Assembly: GCA_963751345.1 (NCBI GenBank)
Contig: CAVVUS010000022.1
Span: 64,001 to 128,000 of the forward strand
Source: an uncultured Chloroflexia bacterium
GTDB taxonomy: Bacteria; Chloroflexota; Anaerolineae; B4-G1; SLSP01
DNA: 64,000 nt
Reading direction: 5' to 3'
Shown: positions 42,401 through 53,253 of the stretch, piece by piece
Layout of the letters: the number at the start of each line of letters is the position of its first letter
Numbering within the stretch: the first letter of the stretch is position 1
The notes under the pieces: model-generated
Told to the model about the DNA's origin: nothing
Databases searched by the model: none
What the model saw: only the letters and a program-made list of their open reading frames with translations
Translations under genes and position numbers: made by a program

Positions 42401-42928
42401 CAACCGTGAGGCAAGCGAGACTGGGGGCAGGAATAGGAACACGACAACCAGAAGGGCGACGACACCCGCGATAGCCCACCATCGTTCCTGCAGGAAGGAT
42501 CTGACTCCTGACAAGCCGGCACCGTCAGTCTCTCGCTTGGGACGACGAGCCGTCTCCAGCTCCGCGATACTCACCAAGGTAGAGGCCGGCGCGGGATCCG
42601 GGGCAACCGCGACCGTGGGTTCTTTTGAAGGCGTGACGGCGAAGGCCACCTCGCGCAACGCCTCGGTCTTCCGCTTCTGCGACGGGAGACCCATCCTCCA
42701 TCTCGTCCGCCGACGGCACAGACACGGGTTGGGGGTGGCGGGGCAAGTTCCGCGTCCGCAGGTACTTCGGGTTCAGCTTCGAGTCGGGTCGTAGTCGAGT
42801 CGGCCCCGGCTTCAGTATCCGCGGACGTCCCGTCCGGCGACGGCTCGCCCGCGGTCGGTCTTGGCTGGCATCATCTCAGGTTCTGGCTGCGATTCGACGA
42901 CTTCGTTTGGTTGATATTCGTCGCTCAT
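39403..42928 (-). CDS. Large membrane-anchored multidomain glycoside hydrolase (GH18-like + NBR1-Ig-like + GH39/GH5-like), several frameshifts
   Basis: GGAGGT RBS with ATG at 42928. Joined ORFs 41951..42694 (TM), 41386..42084 (GYPGLVVDYQ...GYDWAALG), 41178..41432 and 39403..41205 (VSDVSVPD...FTKTWRMRNSG..W; EVWNEPN; YTEMGY). Confidence 0.72.
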
Positions 42929-43132
42929 TCATACCTCCGGTTCGGGATTGTCTGCTGAGGCGGGAACCATCCAAGCAGACTGAGCTGTCAGCGTCCCACG
43001 ATGCCACGCGGGAACATATCCCGCGATAAGCATAGGCTGGGGCAATGTGGGAGAGCCAAACATAAATCTGATGGCGCGAACAATCTGCATTCTATCATAG
43101 GACAGAATACTGACAAGCGACGGAGAACAGGG

Positions 43133-46100
43133 CTACTCCACTTCCCAGAGCCGGCCCGAGGGAAGTCGCATGAAAAGAACGGGACTCTCGACCCCCGGGA
43201 GATCGGCGCTGAGAAGCGCGTCGCGCGCCTGATTGAGGGCACGATCTGCCATGCCGTGGCGGGCGAGGCCGTCATAGAAGGCCTGGACGATGCGCTGGGC
43301 CGAGCGCATCTGGACGCGATTGCGCATCGCGACGACCGCCGGGACCCCTGCCTCGACCAAGTTGACGGCGAGCCCCGCCAATGCGTGACCATCTGGGCCG
43401 ACGGCGCTCTGGCAGACCGACAGGTAGACTAACTGGGGCTGTCCCCCCTGATGTGCCAACATGCGGCAGAGCAAATGGCCCGCAATGGCACGGGTGTTGC
43501 CGTGGGCATCCTCGAGGAGTAGATCCATCCGCTCCTGCCGGGCGTTGAACCGGCCGTGGCCGACAAGGTGGAGCCAGTGGTATCCCTCAATCATTGCGCG
43601 GCTGAGGGCCTCCAGCGTGATCGGTGGCGGCAGGAAGTCGAGCCGTATCTGATCGGGGTCTATACCCGAGAAGGCCCGGGCCAGCAGATACTTCTCCATC
43701 TTTACGTCAAGAGGCGGGAGATCATATCGCTCGGCGAGATCACCGGGATTCGCAATGGCACCGAGCACGCGGATAGGCCGGTCCACCGTGGGTGCTCCCA
43801 ATGGCTTCTCGACAGGCAGATAGCGCGAGAAAGGCGTCGCCTCGCACGCAGACAACATCACCTCGTCATCGTGAAGCAGCTCCCAGGGAAGACGTTGGAG
43901 CACCGAGACGTCATCATCGATGCGTAGCCGGATCCGCCGCAAAGCTCCCTGTTGTTGGGCCTGCCCACGCGCAACGTGCCACGCCTTACGCACCGCGCCA
44001 TTTCGGAAGAGGCTCTCGAACAGGTAATGGCCGTCCGCCACAAGATCACCTGTCGGAGACCAGTCAACGATGGCCCGCGACAGCTGACCGCCGGAGAAGA
44101 CCTGGCCGCCGTTTAGCGTCACCTCCACGCTGTAGTCGCGAGTTCCATGCCCGATCCGTATCTCCAGATCGACGGTGGGTATGGCCAAAGAGCTGCCGGC
44201 CCACTCCAGGGCTCCGCCGCTCTCCGAAAGGATCCGAAGGGTGCCCGGCACCCGCTTTGCCGTCTCTTTGGCCACCGGAAGATAGATCGTCTCCTCGCGA
44301 CGATGAGGCTCGCCATTGCGGTCGAGGTAGTCGATCTGGAACCGGAGGGGGACGGAGTCGCCGTGGGCCAGCGGCTTGACGTCGAGCACTTGCTCCTCGC
44401 TTTGCCCGACGGGAAGCGCGGCCAACGTCTGGGTCTCTGCAATCTGCCCCTCGAACTGCTCGCCTGCGACGCGGATGATCAGGTTGCGTGCCAGACCGTA
44501 CCCGCCGTTACGAATGACAAGCCGCAGGCGGGACCACGCATCGAAGACTAGGCCCGCGTGCTGCGCGTCCACCACAATCAGCGGCAGTCCGAAGACCTGT
44601 GCATAACGCCTGCGCGCCTCGGCGGCCCTCTCGATGGCGGACACCGAGTCAAAGAGATGTGCTGCCGTCGCCCAGGCCTGCGCTCGCACGTCGGCGCTCG
44701 ACTCATCATCGCCCAGCTGCTCGGCATGGCGACACCACGCTTCAGCCGCACGACGCGGGTTGTTCTGGGCCTCCCAGGTCCGGGCAGCTTTTGACCACCG
44801 CCCGGCGCTTTCGTGATCCTCGGCCGAAACGGGATAGGTCAGACAAGTCACCTCGCCGGTACAATCTGACCACGATAGCATAAGGTCCCTCAGCATCCCC
44901 CTCTGTCAGCGCTGGAGAGGTCTTTGTCTCCTGGGTCATCGTGTGCTGCCACAGGAGCTTGCCGGTATGCAGATCGATGCCGTAAAGGTGCCGGTCGTTG
45001 CCCGCGACACACAGGACGTTGTCGGCCACGACCGGTGCGGCGGTGACGTAGGCCCCGGTATGGAAGACCCACTGAGGTAGGCCATCCTCAGGGCGCAATG
45101 CGTAGACGCCATCTTGCGCGCCGACATAGAGCCATTGGCCATCGGTCACAGGTGTGGTTAGCCGCTTGCCGCGCGGCCCAACGGGCGATTCCCACATCAG
45201 ACGGCCATCCTGGCGCGCCAGCGCCAACACGATTCCGGAACTGAGAACTGCGACGACAGTCTCCCCAATCACAAGGGGCGTCTGGCTGATCTGCACGCCG
45301 GATAGAACCCCCTCGACCTCATAGCGCCACAGGATATCGCCATCCAAGGTCAGGGCCACCAATGAGGGAGCGCGACACGGGACGTAGATGGAGGTTGCAT
45401 CACACGCGGGGGCTGACAGCGCGACATCGACCGGCAGGGATACCGCTGAGAGCTGTTCGCCATCCCTCGCATCCAGGATGAGCACAGAACGGCTGTTCCC
45501 GGTTACCGCTGCCACGCTCCCCAACACGGCCGGCGCGGAAATCTGGTGCACCTCGAGTTCGGTGCTCCACAAGATTCGGCCGGAGCCGTCCACCGCGATC
45601 AGGGCACTCTCACCCGGCAGCCGCCCCAGGCTTGGGAGGCTGACCAACACACTATTCCCGTCGGTGCGCACCATCCCGCCGACGATTGCGTTAGGGAAGC
45701 GCTGCTCCCATATCACCGCACCCGAGGTCACGCTGAGTGCTCGCAGAACGCCGCCCGGCGATCCCCGCCCTGACTCTTGGGATGCGATGAGACATACATC
45801 GCCCAGAACTACCGGCGCCGCCATCGGCTGCCCCGGCAGCGCGTATGACCAGACGGGGTAGGGATCCTGAACAGGGAGAGATGCCGGAGACGCCTCTTTG
45901 GGCGTTGCCCACACCGTGGACGCAGTTTCGGTTTGGCGCCGGACGATAGGAGGTGGCATTGGCTTGAGTTGGAGATCGTCCCGGACCTGGGGAAGGTAGG
46001 CAACGAGCTCTGCGATTCGCTGCCGTCTCTCAAGGTAATCGACCATCCCCCTGACGAGATCGAGTTTGTTCGCAGTACCGGGCAGGGTTTCCGCGTCGAT

Positions 46101-46238
46101 TTCGAGGTCGAAACAAAGCGTTCGCAGCTCGCTGATGGTGAACCGTTGCACCAGGAGCCGACGCAGATAAGTTAGGTAGCCTCGATCGGTTCGTCCCGCA
46201 GTATCAGACATGGAAAGCTTCTCACCAGTAAATGTCAC
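43133..46238 (-). CDS. EAD7/death-like domain + PQQ-type beta-propeller + helical/Ig-like region + CHAT (caspase-like) protease, +1 frameshift near 44870
   Basis: N-terminal LRRLLVQRFTISELRTLCFDLEID.ETLPG...LERRQRIAEL; repeated LYAL...G..W blades; CHAT motifs LPWELL, LHLVGHG, YLSVCQS, GVPAVVAM. Confidence 0.8.
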
Positions 46239-46475
46239 TTAAAACGAGTATAGGCCCATTCAGGAATTGCGCAATGCCGGCGGTGAAACAGGTGTGTTTC
46301 AGAATCGGGACAAACATACCGGCTCAGATGCCGGGCACCAGACGCCGGTCGCCCCGGAAATGAAACACACCCGTCACATCCGGACGCATAATCCGGGCTA
46401 CGGACTGTGGTATACTATATGAGGTTTGGAAAAGGTTGTCCAGTCAACGGAACTAAGGTTGATATAGAGTTATAG

Positions 46476-47145
46476 ATGGCGCAGCGAACTGCAGGTCTGC
46501 CCGGGTATCGAACACGCTAGAGCGTACGCAATAGCACGCTTGGAGCAAGACCTGCCCGCCACCCTCTTCTACCACTCCCTCTGGCACACACGTGATGAGG
46601 TCGCCGAGCGCGCACAATGGCTCGCCGTGCACGAGGGGCTATCGCAGAGAGCAGAGATCCTCGTTGTGACGGCGGCATACTTCCACGACATTGGGTTCAT
46701 TCGACAGGCCCAAGGGCACGAGGAAGCCGGCGTAGAGATCGCATCCAAGGTCCTCCCCTACTTCGGCTACAGTCAAGCACAAGTTCTTACCATCGCCGAC
46801 ATCATCCTGGCGACGCGCATCCCTCAGTCGGCTGCGGGTCTGCTCCAGCAAGTCGTGGCGGATGCGGATCTGGATGTCCTTGGACGGGATGACTTCTTCG
46901 TCCGCAATGAGGCATTGCGGGCCGAACTGGCTGCTTTGGGCAGCGTCGTACCGGATGAGGTTTGGTACCCGGCCCAGGTAAAGTTCCTCGAACAACATCG
47001 CTATTTCACGGCGACAGCCCGACGACAGCGATGGGCCGGGAAACAGGAGAATCTCACGGAGATGCGCCGGCTTGCTGCCGATTGTTGTCCCCGTCACCAC
47101 GAGGCGGCTGTCGTCTCTCACGCACCAAACTTCGCGACACCATAG
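46476..47145 (+). CDS. HD-domain phosphohydrolase; 5' end uncertain (ATG 46476 needs a frameshift near 46505, otherwise TTG 46540)
   Basis: YHSLWHT, AAYFHDIG, HEE, ILATRIP, DADL..LG; extended -10 TGGTATACT near 46408-46416. Confidence 0.85.
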
Positions 47146-47253
47146 CTCCCTCACCGTAGCCACCGTCGGACGACCACGACGCTTTCACTCTGAACGAGGC
47201 TGATTCTCAGGTCTGTTGAGGGCAGCTTTCCCAGATCCACAGGAGGTCGAGCG

Positions 47254-47679
47254 ATGCAGTCGACAGAAGACGCGGGCCACAACGGCCTGGAACGGGTAGC
47301 ATGCGGGACGAGCTTCGCCCGCCGGATGATGGGGGCTATCGGCTTCACGTTGCTAGGGGTTGCCGTGGCCGTACCGGCCATATGTCTCTATCTCGGACGA
47401 AGAGAGCGCATCCGTGGTCGATCCTCGAAGTCCCAACCCTCAGACGATGCGGCTGCGCCCGCCGAGCCTATTTTGATCACGCTTGTCCCCGACTCCGCCG
47501 CAGACACGCCTGCCGCCGAGCCGATGCCACCCTATGTCGCCAGCTCCGAGCGCGACAGGTTCCACGTTCCCTCCTGCCGTTGGGCCAGGCGAATCCGGCA
47601 GGAGCATCGCTTGGTCTTCGAACACCGTGAGGACGCGATAGCAGAGGGGTATGTGCCCTGCGGCACCTGCAGCCCTTAG
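47254..47679 (+). CDS. Small membrane-anchored protein with C-terminal Ada-like metal-binding domain
   Basis: AGGAGG RBS, TM helix, YVAS...FH.PSCRWA..I...F..RE.A...GY.PCGTC.P. Confidence 0.8.
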   Translation: MQSTEDAGHNGLERVACGTSFARRMMGAIGFTLLGVAVAVPAICLYLGRRERIRGRSSKSQPSDDAAAPAEPILITLVPDSAADTPAAEPMPPYVASSERDRFHVPSCRWARRIRQEHRLVFEHREDAIAEGYVPCGTCSP

Positions 47680-47691
47680 GCCTCTGGGGCC

Positions 47692-47710
47692 CTAACCTTG
47701 CGAAGGTTAG
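47692..47710. repeat. REP-like palindrome between convergent genes
   Basis: ctaacctt-gcg-aaggttag; the 15-nt core is identical to 9912-9926. Confidence 0.7.
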
Positions 47711-47722
47711 CGAAGACAGCAG

Positions 47723-50700
47723 CTAGATCCGCGTCTCCGCAGCATCCTCAGGGGGCAACGGGAGTTGGATGGCGAAAACACTTCCCTTGTTGAGCACGCT
47801 CTCGACCCAAACACGGCCCCCGTGGCGTTCCACAATGGACTTCACGAGTGCCAGCCCCAGGCCGGTGCCCTGCACGTTGCCCGTCTCACGGCGCTTGATG
47901 CGATAGAACTTCTCGAATAGGCGCACTTGATCGCCGGGCGCAATGCCGATGCCCGTATCTGAAACGCGCACCGTGGCCGTGTCCTCAGTGATGTCCAACC
48001 CAACGTTGACCTCGCCACCCGAGGGAGTGTACTTGATGGCGTTGTCGACGAGGTTGCTGATCGATTGACGGAGCAGGGTGCGGTCGCCGATGACGGTCGG
48101 CGATCCCTCCGACGGTTCCAGTCGCAGGTCGACATCCTTGGCGCTGGCCCGTGCCCGCATGGCCTCGACAGCTTCGACCATGATCAACCCAAGCCGGCAC
48201 GGCTCCTGGCGAATGCCGATGTCCGACTCGACACGGCGCAGGTCAAGGAGGTCACCGACCAGGCCGTTCATCTGCTCGATTCCCTCCAGGATGCGCTGCA
48301 TGTAGTCGCGTTGGCGATCGTTGAGATCGCCGACCATGGAGAGCATCGTGGTATAGCCTCGCATAAACGTGAGCGGCGCCCGCAGGTCGTGGGAGACGGT
48401 CGCCACGAACTCGGACTTCATCTCGTTGAGTTCCTTGAAGTGCGTCACGTCTCGCATGATGACGACGACGCCCACCGTCACGCCCTCGTTGCTCTTGATC
48501 GACGCGACGCTGGCAGAGAAGGTACGCCCATCCTCCAGGGGAACCTCGACCGAAGGCACGGGTTCGTCATCGTCGTTGCCCCCCACCGACGAGCGCATGC
48601 TCCGCGGTAGTGCGAGCTGGTAGCGGCGCATCCGTCGAGCCGTGGTCGTCTGCTCGGCCAGGGCATCCATCAAGGGCTGGGGCAATCCCAGTTCTGACAT
48701 CGACCGCCCCACTGAGGCACGATCGACCCCGAGCAGGCGCTGCGCAGCAGGATTCGTGAGCAACAGCCGGCCCTCGGCATCCACGACGAGAATCGCGTCT
48801 CTGGTGCTGGCCAGGATGGCAGCCAGCCGCTGCCGCCCGCCCTCAGCCGTCTGGAACAACCGGGAGTTCTCGATCAAGACGGCGGCCTGGCTTGCCAGCG
48901 TCGAGAGAAAGTTCACCCGTGCCTCGTCAAAGACATCTAGCCGATCAACTCCCACCCAGAGCACGCCGGCCGTGTTGTCCTCGATGCGCACCGGGAAGGC
49001 AGCCACACTCTTGAGTTGCTCGACCTGGATGTGTTGTTGCGCCAGGTCCAGGTCCGGGATAATCAACGGCTCCCTGCGCCTGAGCAGTGCCGAGGTCAAC
49101 AACCGGTCCAGCCTGCTGAAGTCACCGGTGGCCTCACCCACGGTATAGATCTGCCCCTGCCTGCCGTTGTCGCGCAGCGCGATAAAGCGTGCGATGGATC
49201 CCTTCGTCTCAACGAGCGTACCCTCGAGGACCGGGACGATGCCACGCTCCAGATCGAGGCTGGCAGAGACTTTCTGCGCGATGTCCAGTAGCAGGGAGAG
49301 ATCGCCCAGGCGCTCCTGCAGACGCACCCGCATCCGGTCGAACGCGTCCCCCAACTCCGCCACCTCATCCTCGCCCGCAATGTCAACCTCTTCCCTGAGG
49401 TTGCCCCCGGCAATCTGGTTCGCGGCCTGGGACAGGGAGTTGAGCGGACGGGTGATCCGCGAGGAGAGCACGGGAATCGCCACACTGAGCAAGATCCCGA
49501 AGGTCAGCTGGACGATGAGAAGTGAGCCCGCGGTTTTCCGAGCCGTCTCCAGCACCGTAACATACGGGAGCTCGAGGACCACCTTCAGCGGGATCGTCGC
49601 CACCTGGTAGACGTAGACCAGTACGTGTTCTCCCTCGGGCGTAAGTGTCTCGAAAACCGTGCCGCCTTCATCACTTATCACGCCCTGCCCAGAGGCGCTA
49701 TCGATAGTGCGCACCGTATGTAGCTGACTCTCGTCCGGATGAGCGACGATCCAACCCGAATCGTCGACGATGAACCCGCTATACTCGTACGTCGTCGTGC
49801 CATCATCGGCCTCGTGCTGCTTCTGCAGAGCCGCGAGCGCCGCCTGAATCTCCGGGTGAACGTCGAAAAGCGCGCGCCCAATCAGGAACCACTCCGGGTT
49901 CACCGGCTCCGAGACATCTTCGGGATACACGGTGCCCAGCACGCTGTATCCGTTGGCGACGCCCATGCTCGTGGTGGAACGCTGGGTGATCTGCGTCTCC
50001 TCGATGCCCGCACCCAGGGTTCGCAGCACCTCCAGGGCAGACACCTCATCGTCCGTAAGCTCAGCATTGACGGTGCCCAATGAGGTAGCCGACACAACCA
50101 CGAAATCGCCACCGGTCTCGCGTACCAGCAGGAGTTCCTGGAAGAAAGGAACGACTCGCAGAGCGATGTTGAGCGTCTCCACCTGCTCCTGAGGATCCGT
50201 GCTCAGCAACTTGGGCTCCTCTGCGAAGGCCTCAATCAGGTTCCTTCCGGTAATGTAGAACTGCTGGATACTCTTGCCGGCCGTCGTGGCACTGCGACGC
50301 ATCTCTTGCAGCGACTGTTCGCGCGCCAACGTCACACTGCGGTTGGTCACCGCAAAGACCGAGAAGAGCATACTCAGGATCACCAGCGGGACGCTGAAGA
50401 CCATAAACTGGGCACTCAGCGACCGGCTATAAAAGGAAGGGGTATCTCCCTGCTGGGGCAATCGCCATCTGGGATTCAGCGAGATGGCTTGCATAACAAC
50501 GCCGAGGCCGGCGCCGGTGAAAAGCCACAGCGGCAGGTCATTGCGCCAGAGCACCACTACATAGTCGATGATCCGCAGTCCATCGGCCAGTCGGCTGGAT
50601 GCCAGACGGCTCACCGAGAGGAGCAGCACGGTCGTAAAGGATGCCAGGGTCACAGCCGCCAGCGGCTGGCGCAGGATATCGAAGACGTCACCCCGAAAAT

Positions 50701-51151
50701 GCTGGTGGAGCAGTGCTCCCACGATATAGCCCCACATCGACAGGGCCAGCACATCCGTGAGCACCATCGGCGTGTAACGTGCCCACGTCAGTCCCCCCAC
50801 GAGTCCCGCGAGGAGACCGGGGCCGGGTCCGAACACATAGGCTACCGCTGCGATCAGGGCGATCCCGGGTAACGAGATGGCGGAACTGAACGGCAGCACG
50901 CTCATCGGGCCTGGGGGGATGACCACCTGTTGAGTCCAGGTGACCGCCAGGAAGCGATGTATCGGGGGAATCAGGGCGAGAAGTACGCCGAAGATAACCC
51001 ACTCTCTGCGGGTCAACTTCCGGAAATCACCGCGACGGCGCCAGACGATAAGGCCAAACAACGAGAGGTAGGCCAGCAAGAGGACCAGGCTTGGAATCCA
51101 CCAGGGGAACTCCAGGGAAAAAGGGCCCGGTTTTCGCACGATCTCAATCAT
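47723..51151 (-). CDS. Multi-sensor membrane histidine kinase (multi-TM, Cache-like, HAMP, GAF, PAS, HisKA, HATPase)
   Basis: ITRPL...DEVAELG..FDRM (HAMP), FVATVSHDLRAPL, NLVDNAIKYT, DTGIGI, GTGLGL. Confidence 0.92.
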   Translation of the reverse strand: MIEIVRKPGPFSLEFPWWIPSLVLLLAYLSLFGLIVWRRRGDFRKLTRREWVIFGVLLALIPPIHRFLAVTWTQQVVIPPGPMSVLPFSSAISLPGIALIAAVAYVFGPGPGLLAGLVGGLTWARYTPMVLTDVLALSMWGYIVGALLHQHFRGDVFDILRQPLAAVTLASFTTVLLLSVSRLASSRLADGLRIIDYVVVLWRNDLPLWLFTGAGLGVVMQAISLNPRWRLPQQGDTPSFYSRSLSAQFMVFSVPLVILSMLFSVFAVTNRSVTLAREQSLQEMRRSATTAGKSIQQFYITGRNLIEAFAEEPKLLSTDPQEQVETLNIALRVVPFFQELLLVRETGGDFVVVSATSLGTVNAELTDDEVSALEVLRTLGAGIEETQITQRSTTSMGVANGYSVLGTVYPEDVSEPVNPEWFLIGRALFDVHPEIQAALAALQKQHEADDGTTTYEYSGFIVDDSGWIVAHPDESQLHTVRTIDSASGQGVISDEGGTVFETLTPEGEHVLVYVYQVATIPLKVVLELPYVTVLETARKTAGSLLIVQLTFGILLSVAIPVLSSRITRPLNSLSQAANQIAGGNLREEVDIAGEDEVAELGDAFDRMRVRLQERLGDLSLLLDIAQKVSASLDLERGIVPVLEGTLVETKGSIARFIALRDNGRQGQIYTVGEATGDFSRLDRLLTSALLRRREPLIIPDLDLAQQHIQVEQLKSVAAFPVRIEDNTAGVLWVGVDRLDVFDEARVNFLSTLASQAAVLIENSRLFQTAEGGRQRLAAILASTRDAILVVDAEGRLLLTNPAAQRLLGVDRASVGRSMSELGLPQPLMDALAEQTTTARRMRRYQLALPRSMRSSVGGNDDDEPVPSVEVPLEDGRTFSASVASIKSNEGVTVGVVVIMRDVTHFKELNEMKSEFVATVSHDLRAPLTFMRGYTTMLSMVGDLNDRQRDYMQRILEGIEQMNGLVGDLLDLRRVESDIGIRQEPCRLGLIMVEAVEAMRARASAKDVDLRLEPSEGSPTVIGDRTLLRQSISNLVDNAIKYTPSGGEVNVGLDITEDTATVRVSDTGIGIAPGDQVRLFEKFYRIKRRETGNVQGTGLGLALVKSIVERHGGRVWVESVLNKGSVFAIQLPLPPEDAAETRI

Positions 51152-51609
51152 AGCTTGGCAACTCTTTTGGGATCAGGTCATACACAGAAGTCACACGGTA
51201 CTGCGCTGTTGAGGGCGAGATACCAGAGCTGCAACCAGGACGCTATCCGCGCCGAGGCCCCGGAACCCACCGAAGCTTCCACCGACCGGATTGCACATCA
51301 TACTCTTCCTTCAATCATACTCAAAGCAGGTTGATTGACAAGTCCGTTGGCATCAAGATTACGTTTCAGATCAGGGGCAGACCCGTTACGGAATCGCCCA
51401 GGAATCTTTTGACAGGACATCCATCTTCGGGTAGAATAAGGTAGATACTTTTGAGGAAAATTCAGCGTTTACCGGCGTGAGAGGCAAAATACTATGACAA
51501 CGCAATTCGTAGCAGGAATGTCTGAGAGAGACCGTGCCCCGAATGTGGCGAGTGCTGCGGCGACTGCTCCTGCCTCCCCCCCGAGGAACAGACCGTTGCG
51601 CACCCAAAT

Positions 51610-52299
51610 GTGTGGCAACGCGCCCGCGAGGATATCAAAACCGTCTTTGATAAGGACCCAGCAGCCCGCAGTGTGATCGAGGTTCTGACGAGCTATCCAG
51701 GACTTCACGCTATCTGGGGCCATCGTATAGCCCATTGGTTGTGGATGCATGGCGCACTCTTCCCGGCCCGCTTGCTGTCGCACATGATGCGCTGGCTGAC
51801 CGGCATCGAGATCCATCCCGGTGCTACGATCGGGCGGAGGTTTTTCATCGATCACGGTATGGGCGTCGTGATCGGGGAAACGACCGAGATCGGCGACGAC
51901 GTCCTGATGTACAAGGGCGTGGTGCTCGGCGGCGTCTCGCTGGAGCACAAGAAACGCCACCCGACCCTGGGCAACGGGGTCATCGTCGGGTCCAACGCCG
52001 TCGTTCTGGGGCCAATAAAGATCGGGGACAACGCCAAGATCGGCTCGGGCGCGGTCGTGGTCAAGGAGGTGCCTCCGTTTGCCACGGTCGTCGGGGTCCC
52101 CGGCAAGGTGGTACGGATCAACGGCGTAGCGTGTCCGCGCAAGCCGGACCTTCATCATGAGGTACTGCCCGACCTCGTGGCCCAGCGACTGCAGCAGATG
52201 GCCGACCGCATTGAGGGACTGGAGGCTCAGGTCCGCGAACTGGAGGAGCGAACGGAGCGTGAGGCCATCATCGAGAAAGAGGTGACGACATGGGCCTGA
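51610..52299 (+). CDS. cysE: Serine O-acetyltransferase
   Basis: [49 protein letters not shown]. Confidence 0.95.
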   Translation: MWQRAREDIKTVFDKDPAARSVIEVLTSYPGLHAIWGHRIAHWLWMHGALFPARLLSHMMRWLTGIEIHPGATIGRRFFIDHGMGVVIGETTEIGDDVLMYKGVVLGGVSLEHKKRHPTLGNGVIVGSNAVVLGPIKIGDNAKIGSGAVVVKEVPPFATVVGVPGKVVRINGVACPRKPDLHHEVLPDLVAQRLQQMADRIEGLEAQVRELEERTEREAIIEKEVTTWA

Positions 52300-53234
52300 A
52301 GCCCCAGGATTTTCATGGTGCCGTAGCAGACAGTGTTCTGGACCTCATCGGAAGGACACCGGTTGTCCGGTTGTCGAGGATCGTTTCACCGGATATGGCA
52401 ACGGTTTGGGCAAAGCTGGAGCGCCAGAATCCCGGTGGGTGTGTCAAAGAACGTATTGGCCTCTCCATGGTTGAGGCGGCAGAGCGTGACGGGAAGCTCA
52501 AACCCGGAGGCCTGCTCGTGGAGCCCACGAGCGGCAACACGGGGATCGGCCTGGCCATCGTCGCAGCCTATAAGGGCTATCGCCTGATCCTGGTGATGCC
52601 CGACTCGTTGAGCGTCGAGCGACGCAAGCTCTTCAAGGCCTATGGCGCCGACCTGGTCTTGACGCCGGGGGCAGGAGGGATGAAGGCCGCCATCGCAAAG
52701 GCGGAGGAAATCGTACGCGATCACACCGACGCCTTCATGCCGAACCAGTTCGAGAACCCTGCGAACCCCTGGATCCACTACGCGACGACCGGTGCGGAGA
52801 TTCTCGCGCAGGTGCCAAACCTCGATGCCTTCGTCGCCGGCGTGGGTACCGGCGGGACCATCACCGGGGTTGGCCGGCGGATGAGAGAGGAAGCGCCCCA
52901 CGTGAAGATGTATGCGGTTGAGCCCGCGGGCTCGCCCGTGCTCAGCGGTGGGGAGCCCGGGAGCCACAGCATCCAGGGCATCGGGGCCGGATTCAAGCCT
53001 GCGGTCCTCGACATGAGCGTCGTCGATGAGATACTTCAGGTCACAAGCAAGGACGCGATGGCGATGACCCGGCGGCTCGCGAGGGAGGAAGGGCTGCTGG
53101 TCGGCATCTCATCGGGCGCAGCGACGGTCGGGGCCTTAGAAGTGGCAGAACGCCTGGGATCCACGAAGACCGTGGTGGTCGTCCTGCCGGATACCGGCGA
53201 GCGCTACCTGAGCACTTCCGTGTTCGACGAGTAG
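52290..53234 (+). CDS. cysK: Cysteine synthase A
   Basis: IGRTP.V.L, NPGG.VK (PLP lysine), [38 protein letters not shown]. Confidence 0.95.
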   Translation: MGLKPQDFHGAVADSVLDLIGRTPVVRLSRIVSPDMATVWAKLERQNPGGCVKERIGLSMVEAAERDGKLKPGGLLVEPTSGNTGIGLAIVAAYKGYRLILVMPDSLSVERRKLFKAYGADLVLTPGAGGMKAAIAKAEEIVRDHTDAFMPNQFENPANPWIHYATTGAEILAQVPNLDAFVAGVGTGGTITGVGRRMREEAPHVKMYAVEPAGSPVLSGGEPGSHSIQGIGAGFKPAVLDMSVVDEILQVTSKDAMAMTRRLAREEGLLVGISSGAATVGALEVAERLGSTKTVVVVLPDTGERYLSTSVFDE

Positions 53235-53253
53235 CACTTCAGACAAACGCCGC

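Noticed and set aside
46476-47145. HD protein as a Pycsar/CBASS or Cas3-type defence component
   Set aside because: Stand-alone HD domain with no TM effector, cyclase or cas gene nearby; only its divergent position next to the CHAT gene is suggestive.
51190-51301. 36-codon minus-strand uORF ahead of the histidine kinase
   Set aside because: Only a weak RBS and no recognisable features; probably 5' UTR.
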